The translations under genes and the position numbers were made by a program. This document shows, in pieces, positions 36,638 through 45,937 of a stretch of DNA of 64,000 nt. The stretch is from Actinomycetota bacterium (GTDB taxonomy: Bacteria > Actinomycetota > Acidimicrobiia > Acidimicrobiales > Ilumatobacteraceae), in the NCBI GenBank assembly GCA_017856115.1, contig JAFMFM010000001.1:44961-108960 (forward strand), given 5' to 3'. Under the pieces are notes generated by a model. It was not told the origin of the DNA and made no database searches. It saw only the letters and a list, made by a program, of their open reading frames with translations. The stretch's first letter is position 1, and each line of letters starts with the position of its first letter.

Positions 36638-37150
36638 TCACACCGACAAGTCGATGGGTGGGGCACAGGCCGGCATGCGGTTGTCGCCGGCGAACGTGGC
36701 GAGACGTTCCGCGAGCGGCAGTCCCTCGAAGGTCGACTCTGAGAACGGGGCATTGTCACCGGTTCGTAATCGCTGCGCGTAGGACCGACGGTCATCTACG
36801 TACCGTTCGTACTCGGCGAGCCAGAGGGGAACGATGGCGCGACCCTTCTCATCGGCAGGTTGGTCGGCTTTCAGCGAGCGAATCATTGCATCGAGCGTGT
36901 CGGTAGCCCGGTCAACCAAGTCGGCGCGCTGTCTAAGCCCATCAACCCCAACGTCCGAGATGAGGCGATAATCCGCGAGCGCTTCGCGCTCCCGTTCGGC
37001 GTCCAGGCAACGACGTTGAGCGCGCTGGGCCCACGCGTCGTCGCCGATCTTGTTGATCGACTCCTTGGAGGCAAAGAAGAGGGCGTACACCCACATGACC
37101 GCAAGTGCAGTGCAGATGAGTGACAGAATGATTCGTGCCGTTGTACGCAT
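36638..37150 (-). CDS. Hypothetical membrane-anchored protein (one N-terminal TM helix plus a helical exported domain)
   Basis: ATG 37150 gives MRTTARIILSLICTALAVMWVYALFF followed by a charged helical region. I recognised no family motif. It is divergent from the ABC exporter genes. Confidence 0.5.
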   Translation of the reverse strand: MRTTARIILSLICTALAVMWVYALFFASKESINKIGDDAWAQRAQRRCLDAEREREALADYRLISDVGVDGLRQRADLVDRATDTLDAMIRSLKADQPADEKGRAIVPLWLAEYERYVDDRRSYAQRLRTGDNAPFSESTFEGLPLAERLATFAGDNRMPACAPPIDLSV

Positions 37151-37169
37151 TCGCTCCGAGACGCTACCC

Positions 37170-38921
37170 GTGAACACTTCCCTGAACCGCTTCGTCGTGG
37201 CGAAGAACCTCATTCGCGCACTCGTGAGTTTTCATCGTGGTTACTTCATAGTTGCGGTTTCTGGTGCCGCGGTGTTCGCGACGGCCACGGTCGTGTCTTC
37301 GTACGGTGTGAAACTCGTCATCGATGACGTGATTCTTCCGGCCTTCACTCGGGATGGAGTGTCGTTCGGTACCTGGTTCGCAACGTCCCTAATCGTCGTT
37401 GGAATCGGCGTGGTTCGCGCCTGCGGGGTCGTCGTTCGGCGTTCATTCGCCGGAAAATTGCAATGGGCCACCGCCGAGACGCTTGCCAATCGGGTGTTGC
37501 GACACGTGATGTCGCAGCCTGCCTACTGGCACCGCTCGAGGATGACGGGTGACGTTGCGGCGCGCGCGGGTGTGGACACCGATGCTGCAGTTGCCATCCT
37601 TGCTCCGCTCCCGTTTTCGACGTCGATCGCAGTGCTCCTCGTAGTGGCGGGAACCTGGTTGATCGTCACCGACGTTTGGTTGGGTCTCTTCGCCACCATG
37701 GTCTTTCCGGCGATGCTGGTGATGAACGTGCTGTATCAGCGGAAGGTTGACCGCTTCTATCGTTCGGCGCAGGACGAATTGGGAGAGCTGTCCGAGGCCG
37801 CCCACGAGAGTTTCGATGGAGTGCTCGTGGTGAAGGCGTTCGGCGCCGAGGAACGCGAGACCGAGCGATTGGCCGTGATCTCGCGACGTTTGCAGACTGC
37901 ACGAACCCGGGCGATAAACCTGCGGTCGACGTTCGAAGCGCTCATCGATGCCACGCCGTCGTTGGTGAACGTGTCGATCATCGGACTCGGGGCGTTGCGA
38001 ATACGAAGTGGTGACATGACGGTGGGCGACCTCTCGTCCTTCGTGTACCTGTTCACGCTCGTCACCTTGCCGTTACGAATCGTCAGTTATCTCTTCTCCG
38101 AGCTTCCGCATTCACTGAGCGGCTGGGACCGTGTGCAGCAGGTTTTGCGAGAGCCGTTGAGTCCAACGCCACGCAGTATCAAGACCTCCATCGTCGAGCG
38201 CAGTTCCACGACAACCCCCGTCATGGTGGAACTGGAACACGTCTTTGCCGGTCATGGTTCAGAGGACGTAGTTTCGGACGTGAACCTTCGCGTGAAGCAG
38301 GGCGACACCCTCGCCATCGTCGGTGCGACTGGTTCGGGCAAGAGCACCTTGCTACAGGTGATTGCAGGATTGATTCCCATTCGCTCCGGGTCGATGGTGA
38401 TTGGTACCTCCAGAGTGGGCTTGGTGTTCCAGGAAGCGTTCCTCTTTTCCGAGTCGTTGCGATACAACCTCTCGCTTGGAGCGGATACCGATTCCGACAC
38501 CCTGTGGAAGGCGCTGGAAGTTGCCTGTGCGGCAGAATTCGTGAGGGAAATGGGGGTCGGACTCGACGCGGAATTGGGTGAACGTGGCGTGAGCCTGAGC
38601 GGAGGCCAGCGCCAACGGCTGGCATTGGCGAGGGCGCTGGCCATGGGATGCGAACTGTTGTTGTTGGATGACACGACCTCCGCCCTCGATCCCACCACTG
38701 AAGAGCAGGTTCTCAGGAATCTCGGGGACTTCAACCAAGATCTCACCACCATCCTGGTGGCGTCACGGCCATCGACCATTGCCCTGGCACGATCGGTGTT
38801 GTACCTCGACGACGGGCGCATCGCGGCTCATGCGCGACACACCGAACTTCTCGCCACCAATGTCGGATACCGGACCCTCATCTCGGCGTTTGAACACGAT
38901 CGTTCGAAGGACGCATCGTGA
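37170..38921 (+). CDS. ABC exporter, fused permease/ATPase, subunit 1 of a heterodimer
   Basis: Six-helix TM domain followed by an NBD (GATGSGKST, LSGGQRQRLALARAL, LLLDDTTSALD). The start is uncertain: GTG 37170 or GTG 37197. The ORF-track start 37050 overlaps the divergent gene. Confidence 0.85.
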   Translation: MNTSLNRFVVAKNLIRALVSFHRGYFIVAVSGAAVFATATVVSSYGVKLVIDDVILPAFTRDGVSFGTWFATSLIVVGIGVVRACGVVVRRSFAGKLQWATAETLANRVLRHVMSQPAYWHRSRMTGDVAARAGVDTDAAVAILAPLPFSTSIAVLLVVAGTWLIVTDVWLGLFATMVFPAMLVMNVLYQRKVDRFYRSAQDELGELSEAAHESFDGVLVVKAFGAEERETERLAVISRRLQTARTRAINLRSTFEALIDATPSLVNVSIIGLGALRIRSGDMTVGDLSSFVYLFTLVTLPLRIVSYLFSELPHSLSGWDRVQQVLREPLSPTPRSIKTSIVERSSTTTPVMVELEHVFAGHGSEDVVSDVNLRVKQGDTLAIVGATGSGKSTLLQVIAGLIPIRSGSMVIGTSRVGLVFQEAFLFSESLRYNLSLGADTDSDTLWKALEVACAAEFVREMGVGLDAELGERGVSLSGGQRQRLALARALAMGCELLLLDDTTSALDPTTEEQVLRNLGDFNQDLTTILVASRPSTIALARSVLYLDDGRIAAHARHTELLATNVGYRTLISAFEHDRSKDAS

Positions 38922-40720
38922 CGTTCACGGACGACATCACGGAAGGTCTCCGCCGCCGCGGAGCCGTCGACACGATACGTGCAGGTATCGCCGAAGCCCC
39001 GGCACTCGGACGCGGGCTCGCCGTTACATTCCTTCTTGCATTGATCGGGGCGGCGGGGCGTGTGACGATCCCGGTGGTCATGCAACAAGCCATCGACAAT
39101 GGTCTGGCCGACGGTGGCGTCCGGGTCGGATACATCACGAGGCTCTGCGTCGTTGCCGGTGTGGTGGTGCTGTTTGCGGCGGTCAGTCAGCGAATGGCCG
39201 TCTTTCGGCTCGGTTCGGCGGCGGAGGAAGGGCTCTACGGTTTGCGTGTCCGGCTGTTCGACCACATCCACCGGCTGAGTTTGGCCGACCACAACGAAGA
39301 GCGGCGCGGTGCGCTCGTCGCCCGTGTAACGAGCGATATTGAGACGTTGACCATGTTCTTTGCGTGGGGTGGTCTGGCGTGGATGCTGGATCTGTCCTTG
39401 ATGTTCGTCGTGGCGTGCGCCATGTTGGCGTACGACTGGGTCTTGGCACTCGTGGCATTCGCTGTGGTTGCGCCGCTCATCGTGGTACTGCGGCTGGTCC
39501 AGAAGCGGCTCGTGCGCGCATACGACGGTGTGCGAACGAACAACGCCGGAATGCTGTCCTTGATGACGGAAACGGTGTCGGGAGTGGAGACGCTGCAAGC
39601 GTACGGAGCCGTGGAGCCCGCGTTGTTGAGGGTGCAGGACGCAACTGCTCGTCGTTCCAAGACCTCGATTCGCGCCGGCATCATCGGTGCCTTTCTCTTT
39701 CCGTCGGGAGAAGTGTTCAGCGTCTTCACCGTCACTGCGGTGGTGGGGATCGGGGTGGCGCGCGGCGAGGGCGCGGGATTGTCTGCCGGGGCACTGGTCG
39801 GATTCATGTTCCTCACCTACCGGTTCTTGGAGCCGATTGCAGAGTTCACGGAGGTGATCGACCAGACGCAAACGGCAGTTGCAGGTCTACGTCGCGTATT
39901 AGGAATCCTCGACACGCCGATCGGACCTCCGCCGCCCACCGACCCCGTGAAGTTGCCGAATGGTCGACTCGGAATCGCACTGAACGAGGTGTCGTTCTAC
40001 TACGCCCCACGTGAGGACGAGACAAGTCCCACGAACGTGTTGTCCAATTTGACACTGATCATTCCACCATCGCAGCACGTTGCGCTCGTTGGGGAGTCCG
40101 GCTCGGGGAAGACCACAATCGCACGGTTGATAGCGCGACTCGCCGATCCGACATCCGGACGTGTGGTGATCGGCGGTGTCAATCTGAAGCACGTGGCCAA
40201 CGACGATCTTCGGCGACGCCTCACCGTGGTACCCCAGGAACCGTTTCTCTTCGCCGAATCCATCGCTTACAATCTTCGCTTCGCCGATCCTCTCGCATCC
40301 GACGAACAACTGCAACGGGCCGTCGGGGAACTCGGACTCGAAGAGTGGATTGCGACGCTGCCCGATGGACTCGACACGCAGGTAGGGCAACGAGGTCAGG
40401 CCCTTTCCGCTGGAGAACGGCAGATGGTCGCACTGCTTCGCGCTTCCCTGGTGAACCCCGACGTGTTGATCCTCGACGAGGCAACGTCGTCGGTTGATGC
40501 GCTCACCGAGGTTCGATTGGCCCGCGCATTGCGAAAATTGTCGAAGGGCCGAACCACCATTTCGATTGCCCATCGACTCTCCACTGCCGCACGAGCCGAT
40601 CGGGTCATCCTGCTGGCCGATGGTCAGGTGGTGGAAGATGGCTCGCACGAGGAGCTGATGGTTCGTCGGGGTCAATATTCGGTGATGTACGAGTCGTGGC
40701 TGGCGGCAACTCGAACGTGA
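38918..40720 (+). CDS. ABC exporter, fused permease/ATPase, subunit 2 of a heterodimer
   Basis: The GTG start overlaps the subunit-1 stop (GTGA at 38918-38921). NBD motifs [23 protein letters not shown] and LILDEATSSVD; 600 aa. Confidence 0.9.
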   Translation: MTFTDDITEGLRRRGAVDTIRAGIAEAPALGRGLAVTFLLALIGAAGRVTIPVVMQQAIDNGLADGGVRVGYITRLCVVAGVVVLFAAVSQRMAVFRLGSAAEEGLYGLRVRLFDHIHRLSLADHNEERRGALVARVTSDIETLTMFFAWGGLAWMLDLSLMFVVACAMLAYDWVLALVAFAVVAPLIVVLRLVQKRLVRAYDGVRTNNAGMLSLMTETVSGVETLQAYGAVEPALLRVQDATARRSKTSIRAGIIGAFLFPSGEVFSVFTVTAVVGIGVARGEGAGLSAGALVGFMFLTYRFLEPIAEFTEVIDQTQTAVAGLRRVLGILDTPIGPPPPTDPVKLPNGRLGIALNEVSFYYAPREDETSPTNVLSNLTLIIPPSQHVALVGESGSGKTTIARLIARLADPTSGRVVIGGVNLKHVANDDLRRRLTVVPQEPFLFAESIAYNLRFADPLASDEQLQRAVGELGLEEWIATLPDGLDTQVGQRGQALSAGERQMVALLRASLVNPDVLILDEATSSVDALTEVRLARALRKLSKGRTTISIAHRLSTAARADRVILLADGQVVEDGSHEELMVRRGQYSVMYESWLAATRT

Positions 40721-41502
40721 CCATCAGACGACGTCGCTCCGTGCTGGTTCTGTTCTTGGGTTTCGTGATGGTGTCCCTCGCGGCCTGCGGCGAGGAGTCG
40801 ACGGACGATGCTTGTATTCAGGGTCCGCTCTTTGCGTCGGCTCGTTCACGCGCGGAGCGTGCCATCGTCGAACTTGATCGGACCACCACCATCGAGCTCG
40901 AGGAGGCTGTTCTGGGAATCACCGATCAGGTGTCGGTTTTGCGTGAGGTCTCACCCCGTTCGTTACGCGATCCACTCGGGGTGGTGCTGGCCGCGTACGG
41001 ACAACTCGTCGTCGCGCTGGATTCGGTGGGTTGGGATCCCGGCGTTGCATCGAGCGATCCACGAGTCGCCACGGCGCGATCGGCGTTCGCAGAGGAATCC
41101 GTCTCACGGGCCTTGACCAACGTGGAGGACTTTCTCACCGAAAGATGCAACCAGGTACGAGGTGAAGTGGATGCCAATTTTGCTCTCACAGGCACCTCGT
41201 TGCCTCTCCCGGAAATATCCGAGGAACCGAGCACGGATGCGTTGGAGGATGACTCCCTCTCGGCGTCGGAGTGGGAAGCACTCGGTTTCGCAGTGGCAGA
41301 GACGTACGGTATCGCCGTCACGAAAGACGAGGCGCCCTGCATCGCACGTCGTCTTGGGTCGGCGTTTGCAAGCGGCTCGGATGCCGACTTCGACGACGTG
41401 AGATACTTCGAGCTCATCGTCTCGGCATTCGACGTATGCGGTGTGGCAACCACACCGACCACGGAGGCACCGAGTGCTCCGACGACGAATCCGGGCAACT
41501 AG
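40717..41502 (+). CDS. Hypothetical secreted lipoprotein coupled to the ABC exporter
   Basis: GTG 40717 overlaps the exporter stop (GTGA at 40717-40720). Signal peptide IRRRRSVLVLFLGFVMVSLAAC with lipobox LAAC. Acidic mature protein with four Cys and a Thr/Pro tail. No family recognised. Confidence 0.62.
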   Translation: MTIRRRRSVLVLFLGFVMVSLAACGEESTDDACIQGPLFASARSRAERAIVELDRTTTIELEEAVLGITDQVSVLREVSPRSLRDPLGVVLAAYGQLVVALDSVGWDPGVASSDPRVATARSAFAEESVSRALTNVEDFLTERCNQVRGEVDANFALTGTSLPLPEISEEPSTDALEDDSLSASEWEALGFAVAETYGIAVTKDEAPCIARRLGSAFASGSDADFDDVRYFELIVSAFDVCGVATTPTTEAPSAPTTNPGN

Positions 41503-41511
41503 AGTTCCGGC

Positions 41512-42189
41512 GTGTTCATCTCCCTCATACGTCACGCCGAGCCCGAGTGGGTTCGAGATGGTTTCAGTCAGGACAATCCTCCGCTCACCGCACGTGGCCA
41601 TCGCCAGGCGCGGCGCCTCGCGGACCGACTCGAACGAGAACACTTCGACCACGTGTACGTGTCGCCGTTGTTGCGCGCACGTCAAACTGCGGCACCGATT
41701 CTCGATGCACAGCGTCGGGGAGAGGTGATCGAGCCGTGGTTGGAGGAGATTCGAAGTCCCATCTGGCAGGGAAACCCCGCCGACAAAGCCGAGGCGGCCT
41801 ATCGGGAGGAAAAGCGGCGACCTGCCGCGGAACGCTGGAAGGGTCTCGAAGGCGGTGAGGCGGTGAGCGATTTCACCAAGCGAATTCACGCTGGTGCCAC
41901 CAAGTTCCTCGCCGAACGAGGCATCTATCGAATCGAGCACGAACTCCCGGTGTGGCACGTGGAGGAGCCGGGTGATCGATTGGCCTTCGTGGCTCACGCG
42001 GGCACCAACAGCGTCTTCATCTGTCACCTTCTTGGATTGTCGCCCACGCCGTGGGAATGGGAACGATTCGTCATCGGGCATGCAACCATCAGCCGTCTCG
42101 AGGCTCTTCGTTTGGGCGATGGCTACACCTTCAGCCTCACCCGCCTCGCCGACAACACGCATCTGATCGAGGACGACCACACCTACTGA
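41512..42189 (+). CDS. Histidine phosphatase family protein (phosphoglycerate-mutase-like)
   Basis: N-terminal catalytic RH motif (FISLIRHAEPEW) and a second His in FVAHAGT; 225 aa. GTG start 9 nt after the lipoprotein gene. Confidence 0.84.
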   Translation: MFISLIRHAEPEWVRDGFSQDNPPLTARGHRQARRLADRLEREHFDHVYVSPLLRARQTAAPILDAQRRGEVIEPWLEEIRSPIWQGNPADKAEAAYREEKRRPAAERWKGLEGGEAVSDFTKRIHAGATKFLAERGIYRIEHELPVWHVEEPGDRLAFVAHAGTNSVFICHLLGLSPTPWEWERFVIGHATISRLEALRLGDGYTFSLTRLADNTHLIEDDHTY

Positions 42190-42299
42190 GTCGGGTCGCC
42201 CGGTGAACCGACCCTCCACCGCGAAGCGACGTGGTTCTCACATCGCGTCGCTCCGCGGCGAGAGCGCGGCACAACGTCGTCACGTTGGACCGTATTCGG

Positions 42300-43682
42300 T
42301 TACTGCTGTGGTCGTGGTTCGGTGACGTGGCAGGCATTCACCGCAGCAACGATCGGGGTCGGATCGATTGCGGCGCCACCACGCGGATGCACCTCGAAAT
42401 GCAGGTGGGGCGTGGTGGTATTGCCCGTCGAGCCGTTGGTACCGAGGATTTGACCCGCCCGCACCGCAGTGCCAACCGCGATGTTGGGTGCAATGGTGTC
42501 AAGATGCGCATAGAAGAAGTATGTTCCGTCGCTGGTCGTGAGTCGTACTCCGTTGCCGGTGAGGCTTGCATTGTTGTACACCTTGGTGATGGTTCCGTCC
42601 ACTACGGCATAGATAAGGTTGCCGCGCGGCGCGACGATGTCGACACCTTCGTGGCGACGGCTGCCACGCGACTCCTGCCAGGTGTTGGTGAAGCTACAGC
42701 GACCTTGTACTGGGAACACCTGGATCGAGGGGATACCAAGTGACTCGAGCGAAGGAATCAGACCCAACGCCTGGGCGGTCGGGTAGTCGACCGCCTGCGA
42801 CGCATTCAACCCACGACTCGTCTGGAACGAACCGAGTGCGATGGAGGTGGCGACACCGAACACGCCGTCGGCACCGCCCTTTACTTCGATACCGATGTTG
42901 ATCAGCGTCTGTTGCACCAAACGCACGGCGTCACTGCGCTGACCACGCGATGGCAATGCGTTGACATCGAGCTGTGTAAGGGATGTAGGTTGTGCGGTCG
43001 GCTGCGCGGTCGGTTGCGCGGCTACCACGGCGGTGTTGGCGTTCGCCACTGCGGGCGACTTCGTCGCGGTGGGTTTTGCTGCCGGGGTGGCAACCAGTAC
43101 CGGCGGCGCATCGTCAACCAGACCCAGAGCGAATGCGGTTGCATGGTCGAGCGTCTTAGTGACTCGCAGACCTTTGCGGCTCTGGTACGTCGTCAGGGCG
43201 ACCGTGGTCGCCACGCCGAATGCGCCGTCAGCACCACCTTTCACGGTGACGCCACTGTTGATCAAGGCCTGCTGGACGGTCCATACCGCCTCGCCGTTGT
43301 CGCCCACCTTGGGCAGCGTTTCGGGCGTAAGGCGTGACACCGTGATGAGACCCAGGAAACGGGCGGTTCGCTCGTCGACCGTTCCGGTGGCCTTGAGGCC
43401 GACCGCGCGCTGCATGTTGCGCAGCGTGGCTTGCGTGCGTGCGGAGAATTGCCCGTCGATGCCGCCCTTCAGCGTGAAGCCGCGGGCCACCATTGCCTGC
43501 TGAAGACGAACCACATCGTCACCCGTATCGCCGAACGTCGGAAAGTTTGACGAACGTGTCGAGCTCTTGGCAGCCGTGGAGGCGACGCCAGAGGCCTGCG
43601 TGGCTGCGGTGGTTCCGCCGGACGGCACACCCTGGGCGGCCAAACTGAGAACGATGGTGGTGGCAAGTGCGGTGAGAACCAT
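42300..43682 (-). CDS. Secreted M23 (LytM-type) peptidoglycan endopeptidase with three PG-binding domains
   Basis: C-terminal HEGVDI and HLHFEV metal motifs. Three copies of a PG_binding_1-like repeat (e.g. AVRLVQQTLINIGIEVKGGADGVFGVATSIALGSFQ). ATG 43682 is preceded by AAGGAG at 8 nt and opens a signal peptide. The ORF-track TTG 43712 is less likely. Confidence 0.88.
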   Translation of the reverse strand: MVLTALATTIVLSLAAQGVPSGGTTAATQASGVASTAAKSSTRSSNFPTFGDTGDDVVRLQQAMVARGFTLKGGIDGQFSARTQATLRNMQRAVGLKATGTVDERTARFLGLITVSRLTPETLPKVGDNGEAVWTVQQALINSGVTVKGGADGAFGVATTVALTTYQSRKGLRVTKTLDHATAFALGLVDDAPPVLVATPAAKPTATKSPAVANANTAVVAAQPTAQPTAQPTSLTQLDVNALPSRGQRSDAVRLVQQTLINIGIEVKGGADGVFGVATSIALGSFQTSRGLNASQAVDYPTAQALGLIPSLESLGIPSIQVFPVQGRCSFTNTWQESRGSRRHEGVDIVAPRGNLIYAVVDGTITKVYNNASLTGNGVRLTTSDGTYFFYAHLDTIAPNIAVGTAVRAGQILGTNGSTGNTTTPHLHFEVHPRGGAAIDPTPIVAAVNACHVTEPRPQQ

Positions 43683-43768
43683 TGGTGTTGCTCCTTGGTG
43701 AGATCCGCACAAGAGATCGGCACCATCGGGGCATACATAAGCAATTTCTCACGGAAAGCGTGGCTATG

Positions 43769-43783
43769 ACCACTTAAAGTGGT
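43769..43783. promoter_or_regulatory. Perfect 7-1-7 palindrome ACCACTT-A-AAGTGGT in the AT-rich leader of the M23 peptidase gene (operator or small hairpin candidate)
   Basis: Read directly from the sequence. It sits about 87 nt upstream of ATG 43682 in the most AT-rich patch I noticed in the surrounding DNA. Confidence 0.25.
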
Positions 43784-43900
43784 TATCAGGGGCGCTGCGT
43801 GTCGGAGATCTCACTCACTGTGGCGGGAAGCGACATAGCGTCACCCAAGGCGTCCAGGCACCCGCGGTGCTGCATGTACGGGTCAACGCTGGTGCCCCGT

Positions 43901-44974
43901 TTAGTCGAGAACCTCGTACCGTCGTGCAGCGATGAGCCACCCATGGTGATGGCGTTCGTAGCGGTCATGCAGGGTGGCAATTCGTGAACCGATCACGCCG
44001 TTGCGACGTTGAAAGCGTTCGGTGACGGTGATGCGACCGGTTGCGGTGCCCGCTGACTCGTTGGCGAGAAAGACCACGATCTCCGGACTCTGCAGGGTCC
44101 AGCGGTCGGTTCCATACTGCTTGGCGAAGGAATCGGCGAGAGCGTCGACTCCCTTGGCGTTCGATCCATCGGGCGTGGTCAGTTCACCACTGGACGTCCA
44201 CAGTGCAAGCCACGATGCCGAGTCCGATCGAAGCTGTGCGTCGGAGAGCGCTGAAATAAGTTGACGCAGCGCCGAATCGGTGATGGCGGTTGGTGGAGTT
44301 CCGCCGTTTACGACGTGGTTGGAGGCAGGAGTTGGTCGCGGAGCTGCCGGTCGCGGTGCGCGCCTCCCATCCCGAATGTCGTCGGGGGACAGCCCCGTTT
44401 CATAGGCGGCCAGCGAGCGCAGCGCCCGCATCAGTTCCTTTCGCTTGACCACACCCTCGTGTGCGGCGAATTGCACGGCGAGCCCGTCGATGAGGGCGGT
44501 CAGACGCATTGCCGACACACGCGGCTGATCACAGCGAAACTCGCCAGTCTCGTTGCCGCGCCGTAGGACGCGCTCGAGGAAGGCAATCGACTGCTCGTCC
44601 AACTGCTGGCTGATGCTCTTCATCAGCGGGTTTCGAAGCGCCTCGCCCCACGCATCTATCCACAACATCCACTCCACGTCGTCACTACCTTCCGGCACGT
44701 AACTCTCGATGAGACGCCACAGTTGGGCGGTGGCTGACTGTCCGAGTTCGATGTCGCGCTCCATCTCGGACAGGTCCTTTCGCGCGTAGTACTCGAATGC
44801 AGCCGCGAGCAGTGCTTCCTTGCTGTCGAAATGGTAATGAATGAGACTGTTCGAGACGTTCAGGCGTTTTGCAACGTCGGCGATCCGGGTGCCGGCGAAG
44901 CCACGCTCGATCACGACCTCGCACGTGGCCTCGAGGATCTCCACTCGACGGGCTTCAACGGCGTACTTCTTCAC
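43901..44974 (-). CDS. TetR-family transcriptional regulator fused to a C-terminal NTF2/SnoaL-like domain
   Basis: N-terminal HTH (TRIADVAKRLNVSNSLIHYHF) and a TetR ligand-domain-length region. A Pro/Ala-rich linker (RRAPRPAAPRPTPAS) follows, then a ~135-aa module ending HDRYERHHHGWLIAARRYEVLD that resembles NTF2-like folds. Confidence 0.8.
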   Translation of the reverse strand: MKKYAVEARRVEILEATCEVVIERGFAGTRIADVAKRLNVSNSLIHYHFDSKEALLAAAFEYYARKDLSEMERDIELGQSATAQLWRLIESYVPEGSDDVEWMLWIDAWGEALRNPLMKSISQQLDEQSIAFLERVLRRGNETGEFRCDQPRVSAMRLTALIDGLAVQFAAHEGVVKRKELMRALRSLAAYETGLSPDDIRDGRRAPRPAAPRPTPASNHVVNGGTPPTAITDSALRQLISALSDAQLRSDSASWLALWTSSGELTTPDGSNAKGVDALADSFAKQYGTDRWTLQSPEIVVFLANESAGTATGRITVTERFQRRNGVIGSRIATLHDRYERHHHGWLIAARRYEVLD

Positions 44975-45015
44975 GAGCAGACAATACCCGCGGTGTCGAT
45001 GCGTAGCCTTGGGAT

Positions 45016-45933
45016 GTGGCAGAGACGAACACCAGGGGGCGAGGTCTCGCGTTGGCGAGGTATCGCCCGATCGCCTGGGTCGCCTTCGCCTCGCTCTACA
45101 TCATCATCGTGACGGGATCCCTGGTGCGTCTGACGGGTTCGGGGCTCGGATGCGTCGACTGGCCTGCCTGCAACGAGGAGCGCTTCGTGGATGTGTCATC
45201 GCCCCACGCCGCGATCGAGCAATTGAATCGGCTATTCACCGGTGTGGTCGCCGCAAGTGTCATCGTTGCAGCTCTCGCGGCATTGGCAGTCCGGCCGCGG
45301 AATAGGCGACTGGTTCGATTCGCGGTGTTGTTGGTGGTGGGGGTGGTCGCCCAGGTGGTACTCGGTGGCATCGTCGTTCTCACCGGACTGCACCCGTTGT
45401 CCAACATGGGGCATTTCTTGTTGTCCATTCTTCTCATGACCTGGGCCTTGTGGCTGCTGCATGCAATCGCCGACGCAGGGGACGACATCCCGCGAGCGAG
45501 TCGTGCCCCACGGACGCGCGAGTCGATGTTGACCGGAGCCCTCGTGGCCCTGACATTGGTCGCCATCGTGACGGGCACCGTGGTAACCGGAACGGGCCCG
45601 CATGCGGGGGACGAGGAGGCTCCGCGCTTCGCGTTCGAAATTTCATCGGTAGCCCGTGTGCACGGCGCATCCGTGCTCCTGACCCTCGCGACAGCGGTCG
45701 TACTCGGGTTGATCTTGCGATCGTCGGCTGCACGTCGTTTACGGCAAGCGTTCGAGTCGTTCCTGTTCATCGCCCTCCTACAGGGAGGAATCGGGTACCT
45801 GCAATACTTCACGGGAGTTCCCGTTCCACTGGTGGCCCTGCACGTCGCTTTGTCGGTAGCCGTGTGGCTATCCGTGTTGCAGCTCGCAAGAATCGCGAAA
45901 TTCACCGGTTCGGAACGCACTGTGGCACACTGA
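45016..45933 (+). CDS. ctaA: Heme A synthase (COX15/CtaA family)
   Basis: LVRLTGSGLGCVDWPAC motif, multiple TM helices with conserved His (MGHFLL, RVHGASV, ALHVALS); 305 aa. Confidence 0.86.
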   Translation: MAETNTRGRGLALARYRPIAWVAFASLYIIIVTGSLVRLTGSGLGCVDWPACNEERFVDVSSPHAAIEQLNRLFTGVVAASVIVAALAALAVRPRNRRLVRFAVLLVVGVVAQVVLGGIVVLTGLHPLSNMGHFLLSILLMTWALWLLHAIADAGDDIPRASRAPRTRESMLTGALVALTLVAIVTGTVVTGTGPHAGDEEAPRFAFEISSVARVHGASVLLTLATAVVLGLILRSSAARRLRQAFESFLFIALLQGGIGYLQYFTGVPVPLVALHVALSVAVWLSVLQLARIAKFTGSERTVAH

Positions 45934-45937
45934 ACGG

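Noticed and set aside
42990-43025. A tandem 12-nt repeat (TTGTGCGGTCGG / CTGCGCGGTCGG / TTGCGCGGCTAC) as a possible non-coding repeat or CRISPR-like element.
   Set aside because: It lies inside the M23 peptidase gene and simply encodes a short AQPT-repeat linker between PG-binding domains. There are only about three imperfect copies.
43683-43900. A c-di-AMP (ydaO-type) riboswitch in front of the M23 cell-wall hydrolase gene.
   Set aside because: I read the minus strand for the conserved ydaO segments (for example the ACGGGGA/CCCA and AGCUAACCUCGUAAG-like blocks) and did not find them. This was not tested with a covariance model.
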